Origin: Acidimicrobiia bacterium
Lineage (GTDB): Bacteria; Actinomycetota; Acidimicrobiia; Spongiisociales; ZC4RG35
Assembly: GCA_965203555.1 (NCBI GenBank)
Contig: CBDBCY010000004.1
Span: 1,280,001 to 1,344,000 of the forward strand
Direction: 5' to 3'
DNA length: 64,000 nucleotides
Both the position numbers and the translations under genes were made by a program. How positions within the stretch are numbered: the stretch's first letter is position 1; every line of letters begins with the position of its first letter. Below, piece by piece: positions 29,069-39,763 of the stretch. The notes beneath the pieces were generated by a model. The model was given only the letters and a program-made list of their open reading frames with translations. It searched no databases and was not told the origin of the DNA.

Positions 29069-30289
29069 ATGCTCAGGATCCGCAACAGGGGTCCGCTGGT
29101 ACTCCTCGTCGCCCTCGCACTCGTGTTCACCGCATGTGCCGACGACACCACAGAGGAAACAACCCCCGCAACAACTGCGGCCCCAACCACCACCCAGGCA
29201 CCGGCCACAACCGAAGCGCCCACCACAACCGAGGCCCCGACCACCACTGCAGCCCCGACCACCACGACCGAAGCCATGATGGACATGACGCCCGAGACCC
29301 CGGACATCAGGGTGATGCCGGCCACACTCGCGCAATTCCTGCCCCTCTACGTGGCCCAGGAGAAGGGCTTCTTCGCCGAATACGGGCTGGAGCCGGAGAT
29401 TCTCGCGTTCGAGGGCGGCGCCGGTCGCGCCACCGAGGCGGCCCTGTCCGGCGAGGCGCACATGGGCTACACGAGCTGGCCGCTGGCATTCTCACTCGCA
29501 GAGCGGGGCCAGCAACTCAAGTTCATCACCACGCATGCCTACTACGCGGTGGTGGATGGCGTTGACTACAGCACGCATCGGCTGATCGTCACCGAGGACT
29601 CCCCGATCCAGACCGTCGCGGATCTCGAAGGCGCCCGCATCGGCGTGATCGCCCGAGGGTCGAACGAAGAGGCATTCCTCACCTCGATCCTGCTTCAGGT
29701 GGGCGTCGACCCGGACAGCGTCGAACTCATCGAAGCATTCTGGGGCGCGCACCCCGATCTCCTCACGTCGGGCGAGATCGACGTCGGTTACATGATCTAT
29801 CCGTTCATCACCGGCATCATCCCCTACGGCCAGACCGAGGGGAACGGCTTCCGTTCGATCGGCGACCCCTACATCGGCGGCGGCGACGGCATCCCCGAGA
29901 TGCTGGGACCCCGCGGCGCCGGTATGTTCCCGATGGCCGCCTCTCCCGAGTTCGTGGCGGACAACCCCAACACCATCAGGGCCTGGGCGCTTGCCATCCG
30001 CGACGCCTCCCAGTGGATCGTCGATAACCCGGCCGAGGCCCTGGAGATCTCCGAGGCCATCTCGGGCGTCCCGGCGGATGCTCAGAAGAACAATCCGCCG
30101 CACATGTACGTGACCTGGCCGGAAAACATCGTCGAACAGATGCAGCGTGTTGCGGACATGATGGTCGAGGCGGACCTGCTCGGGGAAGGGCTGGATGTCG
30201 GAGCCTTCATCTCGGACCTCCCCTTCAGCGAAGAGGAGATGATCGAGAACGGCCGCTACTTCCCCTGGGATCCGAGCCAACTGCCCTAG
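29069..30289 (+). CDS. ABC transporter substrate-binding lipoprotein (NMT1/SsuA/TauA type)
   Basis: Lipobox FTAC, Thr-rich stalk, PLYVAQEKGFF, DLEGARIGV. Confidence 0.88.
   Translation: MLRIRNRGPLVLLVALALVFTACADDTTEETTPATTAAPTTTQAPATTEAPTTTEAPTTTAAPTTTTEAMMDMTPETPDIRVMPATLAQFLPLYVAQEKGFFAEYGLEPEILAFEGGAGRATEAALSGEAHMGYTSWPLAFSLAERGQQLKFITTHAYYAVVDGVDYSTHRLIVTEDSPIQTVADLEGARIGVIARGSNEEAFLTSILLQVGVDPDSVELIEAFWGAHPDLLTSGEIDVGYMIYPFITGIIPYGQTEGNGFRSIGDPYIGGGDGIPEMLGPRGAGMFPMAASPEFVADNPNTIRAWALAIRDASQWIVDNPAEALEISEAISGVPADAQKNNPPHMYVTWPENIVEQMQRVADMMVEADLLGEGLDVGAFISDLPFSEEEMIENGRYFPWDPSQLP
29147..29275 (+). repeat. Degenerate 18-bp repeats encoding a TT(E/A)AP stalk
   Basis: TTAAPTTTQAPATTEAPTTTEAPTTTAAPTTTTEA. 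Confidence 0.75.
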
Positions 30290-30310
30290 CCAACCCAAAC
30301 AGGAAATAGC

Positions 30311-31069
30311 GTGACAGGAGCCCTGCGGTTCCCTGGACTCACCGCCGTCGCCGTCATCCTCGCAGCATGGGTGACGGCGACGGCCACCGGGTTCGTCAAT
30401 TCCGAGTTCATCCCTCCGCCCGGCGAGGTCCTGGCGGCGGGGATCGAGGACTGGGCGAACCTGGGGTCCGCCACGATCGAGAGCATGTGGACCGCGCTGG
30501 TCGGCTACGCGGTCGGATTCGGAGCGGCCGTCGTGGTCGGCATGGCGGTGGGTAGATACGCTTCCGTCGACTCTTGGGTGAGCGGGCCGCTCGACTTCTT
30601 CCGCGCCATCCCGGCGGTGGCCATAGTCCCGATGGCGCTCCTGATCCTCGCCGACTCGTTCCTGGTGGGCGCCTTCGCCGTGGCGTGGGGATGCTTCTTC
30701 CTGGCCGTCATCAACGTGATCTCGGGCGTCAAACACATCCCGAACACGTTGCAGGACGCGGCCCGAAGCTTCGGCGCCGGCGAGGTGAAGGTGCTTCGCA
30801 AGGTCGGGATACCGAGCCTCCTCCCCTACTTTCTCTCCAGCCTTCGACAGAACGTGTCGGTGGCGCTGATCGTCATCGTCGTCGCCGACATGGTCATCGG
30901 GCTGTCCGGGCTGGGGTTCTACATCCTCCGTACCCAGAGCAATGCCCTGTTCGGACGTATGTATGCCTCCATCACCCTGATCGCCGTCATCGGATACGTC
31001 GCATTCCGCCTGCTCGAGGAGGCCCAGCGGAGACTGTTCCCATGGTGGTCGGAGACATCTCTGGCATGA
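30311..31069 (+). CDS. ABC transporter permease (NitT/TauT family)
   Basis: PPPGEV, RAIPAVA, EAA-like loop DAARSFGA. Confidence 0.9.
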   Translation: MTGALRFPGLTAVAVILAAWVTATATGFVNSEFIPPPGEVLAAGIEDWANLGSATIESMWTALVGYAVGFGAAVVVGMAVGRYASVDSWVSGPLDFFRAIPAVAIVPMALLILADSFLVGAFAVAWGCFFLAVINVISGVKHIPNTLQDAARSFGAGEVKVLRKVGIPSLLPYFLSSLRQNVSVALIVIVVADMVIGLSGLGFYILRTQSNALFGRMYASITLIAVIGYVAFRLLEEAQRRLFPWWSETSLA

Positions 31070-31863
31070 CCGGGCGCCACACCTCCTCCAGTCCGGCCAT
31101 CCACCTGAGGGGCGTCACCAAGACCTACGCTCGGCGCGGTCACGACGAGGACCTGAGAATCATCGACAGCCTGGATCTGTCGTTCCGGCCGGGCGAACTG
31201 GTGACGATCGTCGGGCCTTCCGGGTGCGGTAAGTCGACCATCCTGAAGATGATCGACGGATTGACCCCGTTGACCAGTGGGTCGATCAGCTTCGAACCCG
31301 GCTCCCCGAAGCCGCGCATGGGCTTCGTCTTCCAGGACTACGCCAACGCGCTGGCGCCATGGAGGACCGTCCAGAAGAACGTCGAGTTCGGTCTGGAGAT
31401 CGAGGGCGTCGCCTCTCGGACCGAGCGAGCCGAGGCGGCCGCCCGCTACATAAAGATGGTCGGTCTGGAGGGGTTCGAGAACGCCTATCCACGGGAACTG
31501 TCGGGCGGCATGCAGCAGCGGGTCCAGTTGGCCCGGGTGCTGGCGTACGAACCCGACGTTCTGTTGATGGACGAACCGTTCGGATCGCTCGACGCACAGA
31601 TCCGCCGGGTTATGCAGGAAGAACTCCGCAACATCCTCGAGACTCTCGACCGAACGGTGCTGTTCGTCACCCACGACATCGAGGAGTCGCTCTACCTCGG
31701 CGACCGCACCGTGGTCCTCGACCACCGCCCGGCCCGGGTGCTCACCGACTTCGAACAGGGCGATCGTACTTCGAGTTACGAAGACTTCGTCGCCTCCGAG
31801 GGGTTCCGGGCACGGTACAACGAGGTGTGGAGCCTTCTGAAGGGCGGTGGCGAACGCGGATGA
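31066..31863 (+). CDS. ABC transporter ATP-binding protein (NitT/TauT family)
   Basis: GPSGCGKST, LSGGMQQR, LLMDEPF, VTHD. ATGA overlap with the upstream gene. Confidence 0.93.
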   Translation: MTGRHTSSSPAIHLRGVTKTYARRGHDEDLRIIDSLDLSFRPGELVTIVGPSGCGKSTILKMIDGLTPLTSGSISFEPGSPKPRMGFVFQDYANALAPWRTVQKNVEFGLEIEGVASRTERAEAAARYIKMVGLEGFENAYPRELSGGMQQRVQLARVLAYEPDVLLMDEPFGSLDAQIRRVMQEELRNILETLDRTVLFVTHDIEESLYLGDRTVVLDHRPARVLTDFEQGDRTSSYEDFVASEGFRARYNEVWSLLKGGGERG

Positions 31864-32642
31864 CCTCGTCGGTGTGGATTCGCGGGCTGAAGACCATGGT
31901 CGTTCTCGCCGCCATCTTCGGCGCATGGGAGTACGTGAGCCGCGCCGAGATGGTCAACCAATTCCTCTTCCCACCGCCCACCCAGGTGTTCGCCGACACC
32001 TTCACCGCCTTCACCGACCCTCCGTACCGGTCGGGCGACAACCTGTTGTTCCAGATCGGCAAGAGCGTCTACCGGGCGGTGGCAGGCTGGATCATCGGGG
32101 TGGTGGTCGGAGTCGTATTCGGCGTGGTCGTCGAGTGGTGGAACAAGCCCGGGTCCGTGGCTACCTCGCTGCTCGAGTTCCTCCGACCCATCCCGGTCAT
32201 CCTCTTCCTTCCCGTGCTGGTGCTGGTGGTCGGGATCGGGGACCTGTCCCGAATCATCGTGATCGCCTGGGCGTCGTTCATCTTCGTGGCGATCAACACC
32301 ATCTTCGGCGTTCGCACCGCCAAGCAGTCGCTGCTGCCCGACGTGGTGAGAAGCTTCGGCGGCACCGAGACCCTGGTGCTGCGACGAGCCGTGATCGGCC
32401 TGGCGGTCCCCCAGATCGTGGCCGGAGCGCGGCAGGCGGTCGGCGTGGCGCTGGTGCTGATGGTGGCGTCGGAGCTCATACTTTCCACCGACGGGCTCGG
32501 CTGGTTCATCCTGTTCATGCGCCGCAGCCTGTTCCCCGCCGAGATGTACGGAGCGATACTGATGGTCGGCATCCTCGGCCTGGTCTTCGGCGCACTGTTC
32601 CAACGCCTACAGAAAATCATCCTCCGCCCCTACATCGACTGA
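31860..32642 (+). CDS. ABC transporter permease (NitT/TauT family)
   Basis: PPPTQV, LRPIP, RSFGG, GLGWFI. ATGA overlap. Confidence 0.9.
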   Translation: MTSSVWIRGLKTMVVLAAIFGAWEYVSRAEMVNQFLFPPPTQVFADTFTAFTDPPYRSGDNLLFQIGKSVYRAVAGWIIGVVVGVVFGVVVEWWNKPGSVATSLLEFLRPIPVILFLPVLVLVVGIGDLSRIIVIAWASFIFVAINTIFGVRTAKQSLLPDVVRSFGGTETLVLRRAVIGLAVPQIVAGARQAVGVALVLMVASELILSTDGLGWFILFMRRSLFPAEMYGAILMVGILGLVFGALFQRLQKIILRPYID

Positions 32643-32661
32643 AAGAAACCAAGGAGAGAAC

Positions 32662-33651
32662 ATGATCAAGACCGGCATCGGCCTTTTGCAGAACACCCCC
32701 CTTCCGGAGACTGTCCGGCTCACCAAGCGGGTGGAGGAACTCGGATACGACTCGGTGTGGTACGCCGAGCACAACTTCTCCCGCGACGGTGTCACCGCCT
32801 GCGCGGCAGCCGCGGCGGTGACCGAGCGCATCACCATCGGCCCGAGCGTCTGCCCGATCTTCACTCGCAGCCCGCTGCTGATGGCCACCACCTTCGCCGC
32901 CCTCGACGAACTCTCCGAAGGCCGCTTCGTTGCCGGTATCGGCGCCGGTTCCCGGGTGCTCATCAAGGCCCAGGGGATCAACTTCGTGAAGCCTCTCAAG
33001 GCGCTCCGCGAGTACGTGGAAGCCTGCCGGGCCGTGTGGAACGCCCACGGTACGCACTTCGACTACCACGGCGAGATGGTCCACCTCGACAACGCCGAAC
33101 TCGACTTCGAGCCCGTGCGCCGCGACCTGCCCGTATGGCTGGGACCGACCGGTCCGCTGGCCTGCCAGTTGACCGGTGAGATCGCCGAGGGAGCGTCGCT
33201 CAACGCCTTTCTGAGCACCGACTACGTCACCTGGGCACTGGAGCACCTCAACAAGGGCGCCGAGAGGGCAGGGCGCACGGTCGACGATGTAGAGGTCGGG
33301 ATGATGCTGGTGGCTTGCCTCGACGACTCGAAGGAAGCCGCCCGCGCCTACCTGCGTCCCCTTCTGGCTCTCTACCTGGCTCGCCTTCCCGACATCACCA
33401 GGCGGACCTCGGTGTGGGGAGAGGACGGCGCCGGATGGAGACAGTTGGTGGCCGCCGTGGACGAGGGGGGCGGCGAGGGCGGCCAGCACCTGATCAGCGA
33501 CGACGTCATCGACGATCTCACGCTCAACGGCACCCGGGACGACTGCCTCGAGGGCATGCAACGCTATGTCGATGCCGGGATCGATCACCCGATCATCACG
33601 GTGATCGGCGACATCGAACGCGGCATCGAGGAACTGGCGCCGCAGAGATAG
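32662..33651 (+). CDS. LLM class flavin/F420-dependent oxidoreductase
   Basis: GYDSVWYAEH, TRSP, LDELSEGRF, GIGAG, GPTGP. Confidence 0.9.
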   Translation: MIKTGIGLLQNTPLPETVRLTKRVEELGYDSVWYAEHNFSRDGVTACAAAAAVTERITIGPSVCPIFTRSPLLMATTFAALDELSEGRFVAGIGAGSRVLIKAQGINFVKPLKALREYVEACRAVWNAHGTHFDYHGEMVHLDNAELDFEPVRRDLPVWLGPTGPLACQLTGEIAEGASLNAFLSTDYVTWALEHLNKGAERAGRTVDDVEVGMMLVACLDDSKEAARAYLRPLLALYLARLPDITRRTSVWGEDGAGWRQLVAAVDEGGGEGGQHLISDDVIDDLTLNGTRDDCLEGMQRYVDAGIDHPIITVIGDIERGIEELAPQR

Positions 33652-33662
33652 AGGAGGACCAC

Positions 33663-34913
33663 ATGGGCACCACAGCAATCACCAATGCGTCGATCTTCGA
33701 CGGGACGGGTGCCGAACCCTACGGTCCGGCGGGCCTGATCATCGAGGACGACCGCATTACGGCCGTCGGCGCCGACGTGGAGGTTCCGGCAGGCGCCGAG
33801 GTGATCGACGCAGCCGGGGCTCATGTGCTGCCGGGCCTGATCGACGCCCACCTGCACCTGTTCGGCATCCCGGGGTACGACTTCGTGTCGTGGGCCATGG
33901 AGTCACCCATGCTCCATGCGATCCGGTCGGCGATCGAAGTCCAGGAGATACTGGGGGCCGGCTACACCCTCATCCGAGATTGCGGGAGCGACAACAGTCT
34001 CCAGGTGAAGAAGGCGATCGAGGAAGGAAAGGTCAACGGTCCCCGGATGCGGGCGGTGGGTCGGTTCATCGCCGAGACCGGCGGGATACCGGATCTGCCG
34101 TTCATCCGGCTGGAGTGGATGCAGGGACCCGAACCACCCGGGTTCGTCCGGTTGGCCGACGGCGTGGCCGAGGTGGCGAAGGCTGCCAGGGAGCAGATCC
34201 GCGGGGGCGCCACCGACATCAAGCTGGGCGTCACCGGCGGCATCGACCCTTCGTTCATTCGCGCCGAGTCGGCCTGGACCGGCGCCGAGATCGAAGCCGC
34301 CGCCCATGTTGCCCACAACGTGGGAGCTCTCCTCTCCTGTCACAGCAACACTCTCATCGGGGAGTCGTGCATCGGCATGCAACGGGCCATCAAGGCGGGC
34401 GCCGACTCGATCGAGCACGGGTACTGGATCGACAGCGAGACCCTGGAGATGATGGCGAGTCACGGCGTCACGTGGAATCCCAACATCGGGTACCTGGCGC
34501 GGGCGGTCGAACGCGCCGATGACCTCGACCTCAATCCGGTATACGTAGACCGCTGCAAGATGGCGCTTGACTCCTACGCCGACACCTTGCCCCGCGCCAA
34601 GTCGATCGGAGTGAAGCGGGCCATCGGGTCGGACTTCCTGGGCACGCCGGCCGACCCGCACGGTGAGGAGGCCTACGAACTGGAGGTGCAGACCCGGCTC
34701 GGCCTCTCGAACATGGATGCTCTGGTCACCACCACCAGGGGCAACGCCGAGTTCTTCCGGATCGACGATGACTTCGGGACGCTGGAGGAGGGCAAGGTCG
34801 CCGACCTGCTGATCATCGACGGCAACCCACTCGACGATGTCCGCATTCTCCAGGAACGTCATCGGATCAAGCGGGTCATGATCGGGGGTGAGACCCGCGT
34901 AGAGAGGCCATGA
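33663..34913 (+). CDS. Metal-dependent amidohydrolase (prolidase/imidazolonepropionase-like)
   Basis: PGLIDAHLH, IKL, SIEHG, GSD, GKVADLL..GNPL. Confidence 0.88.
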   Translation: MGTTAITNASIFDGTGAEPYGPAGLIIEDDRITAVGADVEVPAGAEVIDAAGAHVLPGLIDAHLHLFGIPGYDFVSWAMESPMLHAIRSAIEVQEILGAGYTLIRDCGSDNSLQVKKAIEEGKVNGPRMRAVGRFIAETGGIPDLPFIRLEWMQGPEPPGFVRLADGVAEVAKAAREQIRGGATDIKLGVTGGIDPSFIRAESAWTGAEIEAAAHVAHNVGALLSCHSNTLIGESCIGMQRAIKAGADSIEHGYWIDSETLEMMASHGVTWNPNIGYLARAVERADDLDLNPVYVDRCKMALDSYADTLPRAKSIGVKRAIGSDFLGTPADPHGEEAYELEVQTRLGLSNMDALVTTTRGNAEFFRIDDDFGTLEEGKVADLLIIDGNPLDDVRILQERHRIKRVMIGGETRVERP

Positions 34914-35914
34914 CAACCCGATCCACACTGAGATTCGACGTCGGCCTGGACAACGGCCGGACGGTGGAGGAGATCATCGCCGTCGCCCGGGCGACGGAGC
35001 GGGGCGGGTTCGGGACCATCTGGATCGCAGAGCAACACTTCCACCGGGGAGTCTTCACCATCGCCGCGGCAGCCGCCGAGGCCACCTCCTCGGTCGGGAT
35101 CGGCTTCGGCGTTCTGAGCCCGTTCATCCGTCACCCGGCATCGGTGGCAATGGAGTTGTCTTCTCTCACCGAGCGATACGGCGACCGGTTCGCTCTTGGA
35201 TACGGGGTGGCGCACATCGGCTCGTCCCGGCTGGGAACCATCCCCTCCAACCAGGTCACCGGCCTGCGGGATGCCGCCACGGCCACCCGCGCTCTCCTCA
35301 GAGGGGAAACGGCCTACCAGGGGGCGCAACTGCACTCTCCCCCGCCACCCGTGCCGATCTACCTGGGGTCGATGGGTCCCCAGTCGCTCCGGATGTCGGC
35401 CGCCCACTACGACGGAGCGCTGTTGGGGGTGATGTGTTCTCCGACATTCATCGCGTCGCGCGCCGAACTGATCCACTCGGCGCTGGCCAAGACCGGGCGC
35501 TCGAAGGACGACTACTCGTTGGGCGCCCTGGTGCTCACCGCGGTGGCCGATGACCCCGCAGACGCCAGGGATGCGGTGCGGAGGTCGGTGGCGTACTACC
35601 TGGCGGAGATCCCCGACGTCTCCCCCCGCCTGGTGGGGACCGATGTTTCCCGTGACGACCTTCTGTCGGTCCGCGCCCGGATCCTGGAGGCGAAGGCGAC
35701 CCACGGCCCCGAGGGGGCTGCCGCGGTCCTCACAGATGACCTGGTGGACCTCCTGGCGGTAGCCGGCACTCCCGGCGATGTGGCCGAACGCCTGTCCCGG
35801 CTGGGGGATGCGGGCCTTGACAGGGTCGTGGCTCACCACGCGCTCGACGCCGACGCGGTGGTGGCGCTCGGCTCCGCCCTCGCCGCCCGCGCCACGGCGA
35901 TGGCCGATGGTTGA
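34910..35914 (+). CDS. LLM class flavin/F420-dependent oxidoreductase
   Basis: WIAEQHF, GVLSPFIRHP, YLGSMGP. Confidence 0.85.
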   Translation: MTTRSTLRFDVGLDNGRTVEEIIAVARATERGGFGTIWIAEQHFHRGVFTIAAAAAEATSSVGIGFGVLSPFIRHPASVAMELSSLTERYGDRFALGYGVAHIGSSRLGTIPSNQVTGLRDAATATRALLRGETAYQGAQLHSPPPPVPIYLGSMGPQSLRMSAAHYDGALLGVMCSPTFIASRAELIHSALAKTGRSKDDYSLGALVLTAVADDPADARDAVRRSVAYYLAEIPDVSPRLVGTDVSRDDLLSVRARILEAKATHGPEGAAAVLTDDLVDLLAVAGTPGDVAERLSRLGDAGLDRVVAHHALDADAVVALGSALAARATAMADG

Positions 35915-37241
35915 ACTCGGCGCGCCGATCGAAGGCCAGGCGCCCGCCGAGATCCGGGCGATCCAGAGCGAGCGCCTGGCCGCACAGTGGTCCTACCTGT
36001 GGGCAAAGTCGCCCTTCTACCGGGAAAAGCTGGCCGCCGCAGGTCTCGGCCCCGGCTCGGTGAGGCGCGTCGAGGACCTGGCGGCAGTCCCCTTCACGGT
36101 GAAGGATGAGATTCGCAGGTCCCTGGCGGCGAGGCCGCCGCTGGGAAACCACCTCGCCGCCGACCCGCGGGACATCGTCCAATTCCAGGCGTCCACGGGG
36201 ACGACCGGACGACCGTCCTATGTCGGGCTCACCGCCCACGACCGGGCCAACTGGGCCGAGATCACCCGCCGGACATTCTGGTCCCATGGCTTCCGCCCCG
36301 CCGACCGGGTCCTGCAGGCATTGGGGATGTCGCGCTGCTGGGTGGGCGGGGTGCCGGTCATCCAGGGTCTCGAAGCCCTGGGGGCGGCGTGCATCCCGGC
36401 GGGCGCCGAGCCGGGGACCACGTGGTTGCTCCACACCATCGCCGACCTGAGTCCCAACGGGTTGGTCGCCACCCCGAACTTCGCGGTTTACCTGGGCAAC
36501 CAGGCCAGGGAGGTGTTGGGCGTCGACGCCCGGGAACTGTCGATCGAGCGGATCTACGTGGGCGGTGAACCCGGGGGCGGCATCCCGGAGTTCCGCCGGC
36601 ATGCAGAGGAGCTTTGGGGAGCGAAGATGCATGAGGTGATGGGCGGCACCGACCTCTCACCCGTCCTGTGGGCGGAATGCCAGGACCAGAGCGGCATGCA
36701 CTTCGTCGCCCACGAATTCGTGTACTGGGAGTTGGTGAACCCGGCCGGCGAACCGGTGGAAATCGAGACCGGAGCGACCGGAGAGTTGGTGTACTCCCAT
36801 CTCGACCGGGAGGCCACTCCGGTGCTGAGATTCCGGCACAGCGACATCGTCGAGATCCTCGACACCGAGTGCTGCTGCGGGCGGACCACCCCCAAGATCC
36901 GCTGTTTCGGGCGCACCGACGACCTGATGATCATCAAGGGGGTCAACTTCTTCCCCACCGCCCTCCAGGACATCGTCCTGGGCTTCCGACCCGCCACGAC
37001 CGGCTCGGTCCGGATCCTCAAGCACGAGCCCGAGTACGCCTGGCCCGGCCCCCTCCACGTCCGGGTGGAACGGGGCGAAGGGCGTTCTCCCGATGATGAC
37101 GACGAGTTACGTTCCAGGCTGGCCCGGGCAATCTCCGACATGTGCAGGGTCCGCGCAGAGGTCGAGGTCGTATCCTTTGGCACATATCCATCACCCGGAC
37201 GCAAAAAGGTCCGGATCATCGAAAAGGTGTACGAGACATGA
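35907..37241 (+). CDS. Phenylacetate-CoA ligase family protein
   Basis: SPFYR, PFTVKD, STGTTGRP, GGEPG, PVLRFR, GRTDDLMIIKGVN. Confidence 0.88.
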   Translation: MVELGAPIEGQAPAEIRAIQSERLAAQWSYLWAKSPFYREKLAAAGLGPGSVRRVEDLAAVPFTVKDEIRRSLAARPPLGNHLAADPRDIVQFQASTGTTGRPSYVGLTAHDRANWAEITRRTFWSHGFRPADRVLQALGMSRCWVGGVPVIQGLEALGAACIPAGAEPGTTWLLHTIADLSPNGLVATPNFAVYLGNQAREVLGVDARELSIERIYVGGEPGGGIPEFRRHAEELWGAKMHEVMGGTDLSPVLWAECQDQSGMHFVAHEFVYWELVNPAGEPVEIETGATGELVYSHLDREATPVLRFRHSDIVEILDTECCCGRTTPKIRCFGRTDDLMIIKGVNFFPTALQDIVLGFRPATTGSVRILKHEPEYAWPGPLHVRVERGEGRSPDDDDELRSRLARAISDMCRVRAEVEVVSFGTYPSPGRKKVRIIEKVYET

Positions 37242-38620
37242 CGTCACTAACGGTCAAAGATGCCACCTTGGTCAGCCCGGCCGGCCGGACCAGGGCCACC
37301 GTCCATTGCAGCGAAGGAGTCATCCAGGCTCTCCTTCCCCCGGGCGACGCTCCCTCTGCCGACCGCATCATCGACGCCAAGGGCGCCTTCGTCATTCCCG
37401 GCGCCATCGATGCGCACGTGCATCTGGGGGTGATCCTGCCGTTTGCGGACTCCTGCCGGCAAGAGAGCGCCGCGGCCGTGACCGGGGGCGTGACAACCAT
37501 GTGGCATTACCTTCTGTCGCCCGGTTCCTTCAAGGACACTCACTCCCAACATGTCGACGACATCGAGCAACACAGCATCGTCGACCAGGGCTTTCACGGC
37601 CTGGTCACCAACGCCCAGCAGGTCTGGGAGATCCCTGAGACCGTCGACGAACTGCGCCTCACTTCCTACAAGTTCCACATGGCGATGAAGGGACCCGAGG
37701 CCGGATACGGGATCGTGGGACTCGACGACGGGCTGATCTACGAGGGGATGCGCCAGGTGGCCTCCCGCCCCGGCGTCATGGCGCTGATCCACGCCGAGAA
37801 CATCGACGTGATCCTCCACAACCGGGAACTCGGCATCGCAGCCGACCCGGACGCCACCGACACCGCCACGTGGAGCAATCACCGCCCGCACTTCACCGAA
37901 GAGGAGGCGATCATCCGCTCGTGCATCTTCGCCGAGAACGCCGGGGCGCCGCTCTGTGTGATCCACACCAGCGTCGGACGGGGACCGGAACTCATCCGCG
38001 CCGCGCGGGACCGCTACCCGCCTCTCTACATGGAGACCTGCCCCCAGTACCTGGTGCTGGACATGGACATGCCGCTGGGCACCTGGGGGAAGGTCAACCC
38101 GCCGCTTCGGACCAAGACCGACCAGGAACTGCTGTGGGCGGGCCTGGCCGACGGGAGCATCGACTGGATGGGATCCGACCACTGCGACTACGACCTGCCG
38201 ACCCGCCAGGGCAACATCTGGGACGTCGGTCCCGGCCTTCCCGGCGGCATGACCATGATCCTCCCCGTCCTGCTGTCCGAGGGCGTCAACCAGGGTCGGC
38301 TGACGCTGGAGCAGGTCGTCGAACTGACGTCGGCCAACTTCGCCCGTCTCATCGGAGCGTCGCCGCGCAAGGGGACGATCGCAGTCGGCAGTGACGCCGA
38401 CCTGGTGATGATCGACCTCGAGAAGGAGGTCACCATCGATGCGGACAGGCTCAATGGGCACTCGGACTACACACCGTACGAGGGCATGGTGATGCGGGGT
38501 TGGCCGCGGATGACCATCGCCGGAGGCCATGTGCTGTACGAGGACGGCGAGGTCGACCGCGGAACGACCCACCGCGGAACGCTCGTCACCATACCCCCGG
38601 ACAAGATGCCGGTGCATTAG
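37238..38620 (+). CDS. Cyclic amidohydrolase (dihydroorotase/allantoinase/hydantoinase family)
   Basis: IDAHVH, GGVTT, SYK, HAEN, ETCPQYL, KVNPPLR, GSDH. Confidence 0.88.
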   Translation: MTSLTVKDATLVSPAGRTRATVHCSEGVIQALLPPGDAPSADRIIDAKGAFVIPGAIDAHVHLGVILPFADSCRQESAAAVTGGVTTMWHYLLSPGSFKDTHSQHVDDIEQHSIVDQGFHGLVTNAQQVWEIPETVDELRLTSYKFHMAMKGPEAGYGIVGLDDGLIYEGMRQVASRPGVMALIHAENIDVILHNRELGIAADPDATDTATWSNHRPHFTEEEAIIRSCIFAENAGAPLCVIHTSVGRGPELIRAARDRYPPLYMETCPQYLVLDMDMPLGTWGKVNPPLRTKTDQELLWAGLADGSIDWMGSDHCDYDLPTRQGNIWDVGPGLPGGMTMILPVLLSEGVNQGRLTLEQVVELTSANFARLIGASPRKGTIAVGSDADLVMIDLEKEVTIDADRLNGHSDYTPYEGMVMRGWPRMTIAGGHVLYEDGEVDRGTTHRGTLVTIPPDKMPVH

Positions 38621-39390
38621 TGGCCGCTCACCGGATTCTCGTCCTGCCCACCGGCACTTGCTACATGGCCGAGTTCCGGACAAAACTCGGCGGGTCGAAT
38701 AGAGAAGTCGGGGTGCCGCTTCCCATGTTCGCTATCTATACCGACGATGGCTGGGTGGTGTTCGACACCGGATGCGACCCGGAGGCAGCCACCGATCCGG
38801 TGGGGACGTGGGGACGGTTGGCGAAGGCGTTCCGACTCGAGATGTCAGACGCCGACCACCCGTTGGCGCGCCTGGAGGAGGCCGGTATCGCGATCGCCGA
38901 CGTAACACACGTAGTCGTGTCGCATCTGCACATGGATCATGCCGGCGGTATCCGCTTCTTCCCCGACGCCACCGTGCATATGCAACTGGCCGAACGCAGG
39001 TGGGCCCAGTTCCCGGACCGGTTCGGAGCGCCCGGATTCATCAGCAAGGACTTTGACAGGCCCGAGATCACCTATCGGTACCACGAAGGCGACGCCCAGA
39101 TCGTTCCGGGCGTTCATGTCGTACTCACCGACGGCCACACGCCGGGGCACCAATCGCTGGTGGTCGACCTGCCGTCGGGGCGGTTCGTGCTCACCGGCGA
39201 TGCGGCCTACCGGCGGGACAACATCGACCGCCGACTCCCGCCGCCAACCACAACCGACGAGTTTGCAGCCATCCGGTCCCTCGCCCGGCTGAAGGGCTTT
39301 GAAGACCGCGACGGCGCAACCATCCTGGTGGCGCATGACATCGAGCAGTGGAAGACCACGGTCAAGTCACCTGACGGCTACTACGAATAG
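38620..39390 (+). CDS. N-acyl homoserine lactonase-family metallo-beta-lactamase
   Basis: FDTG, SHLHMDHAGG, GHTPGHQS, TGDAAY, AHD. Confidence 0.88.
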   Translation: MAAHRILVLPTGTCYMAEFRTKLGGSNREVGVPLPMFAIYTDDGWVVFDTGCDPEAATDPVGTWGRLAKAFRLEMSDADHPLARLEEAGIAIADVTHVVVSHLHMDHAGGIRFFPDATVHMQLAERRWAQFPDRFGAPGFISKDFDRPEITYRYHEGDAQIVPGVHVVLTDGHTPGHQSLVVDLPSGRFVLTGDAAYRRDNIDRRLPPPTTTDEFAAIRSLARLKGFEDRDGATILVAHDIEQWKTTVKSPDGYYE

Positions 39391-39400
39391 GGGAACACCC

Positions 39401-39763
39401 ATGGCAAGCTTCACCGATTGGAATCAACAGGACGGGTTCGAGGCCTTCCCGGGCGATTTCGTGTGGAACGTCACGGGAGAGGACGTCCAGGTCATCCGTG
39501 CCGAGATCGCGCCGGGAACCGACTTCGGCCTCCACTCCCATCACCAGGAGCAGATCATCTGCGTGTTGGCGGGACAACTGGAGTTCACGGTCGGCGGCGA
39601 GACGCGGATCGTCGGACCCGGCCAGGTAATCCACGCTCCGTCCGGCGTAGAGCACGGCGGGCGGGCGGTGTCGGACGATCCGGTCGTGACCCTCGAGGCC
39701 TTCTCCCCTCCCCGGGTCAACTTCAGCCAGAACCAGGCGATGGTATTCGAGGACCCGGTATGA
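39401..39763 (+). CDS. Cupin domain protein
   Basis: HSHHQEQ, PSGVEH, FSPPR. Confidence 0.88.
   Translation: MASFTDWNQQDGFEAFPGDFVWNVTGEDVQVIRAEIAPGTDFGLHSHHQEQIICVLAGQLEFTVGGETRIVGPGQVIHAPSGVEHGGRAVSDDPVVTLEAFSPPRVNFSQNQAMVFEDPV

Noticed and set aside
15838-29275. CRISPR array suggested by short repeats at 15.8 kb and 29.2 kb
   Set aside because: Both are spacer-less in-frame coding repeats, and no cas genes are present.
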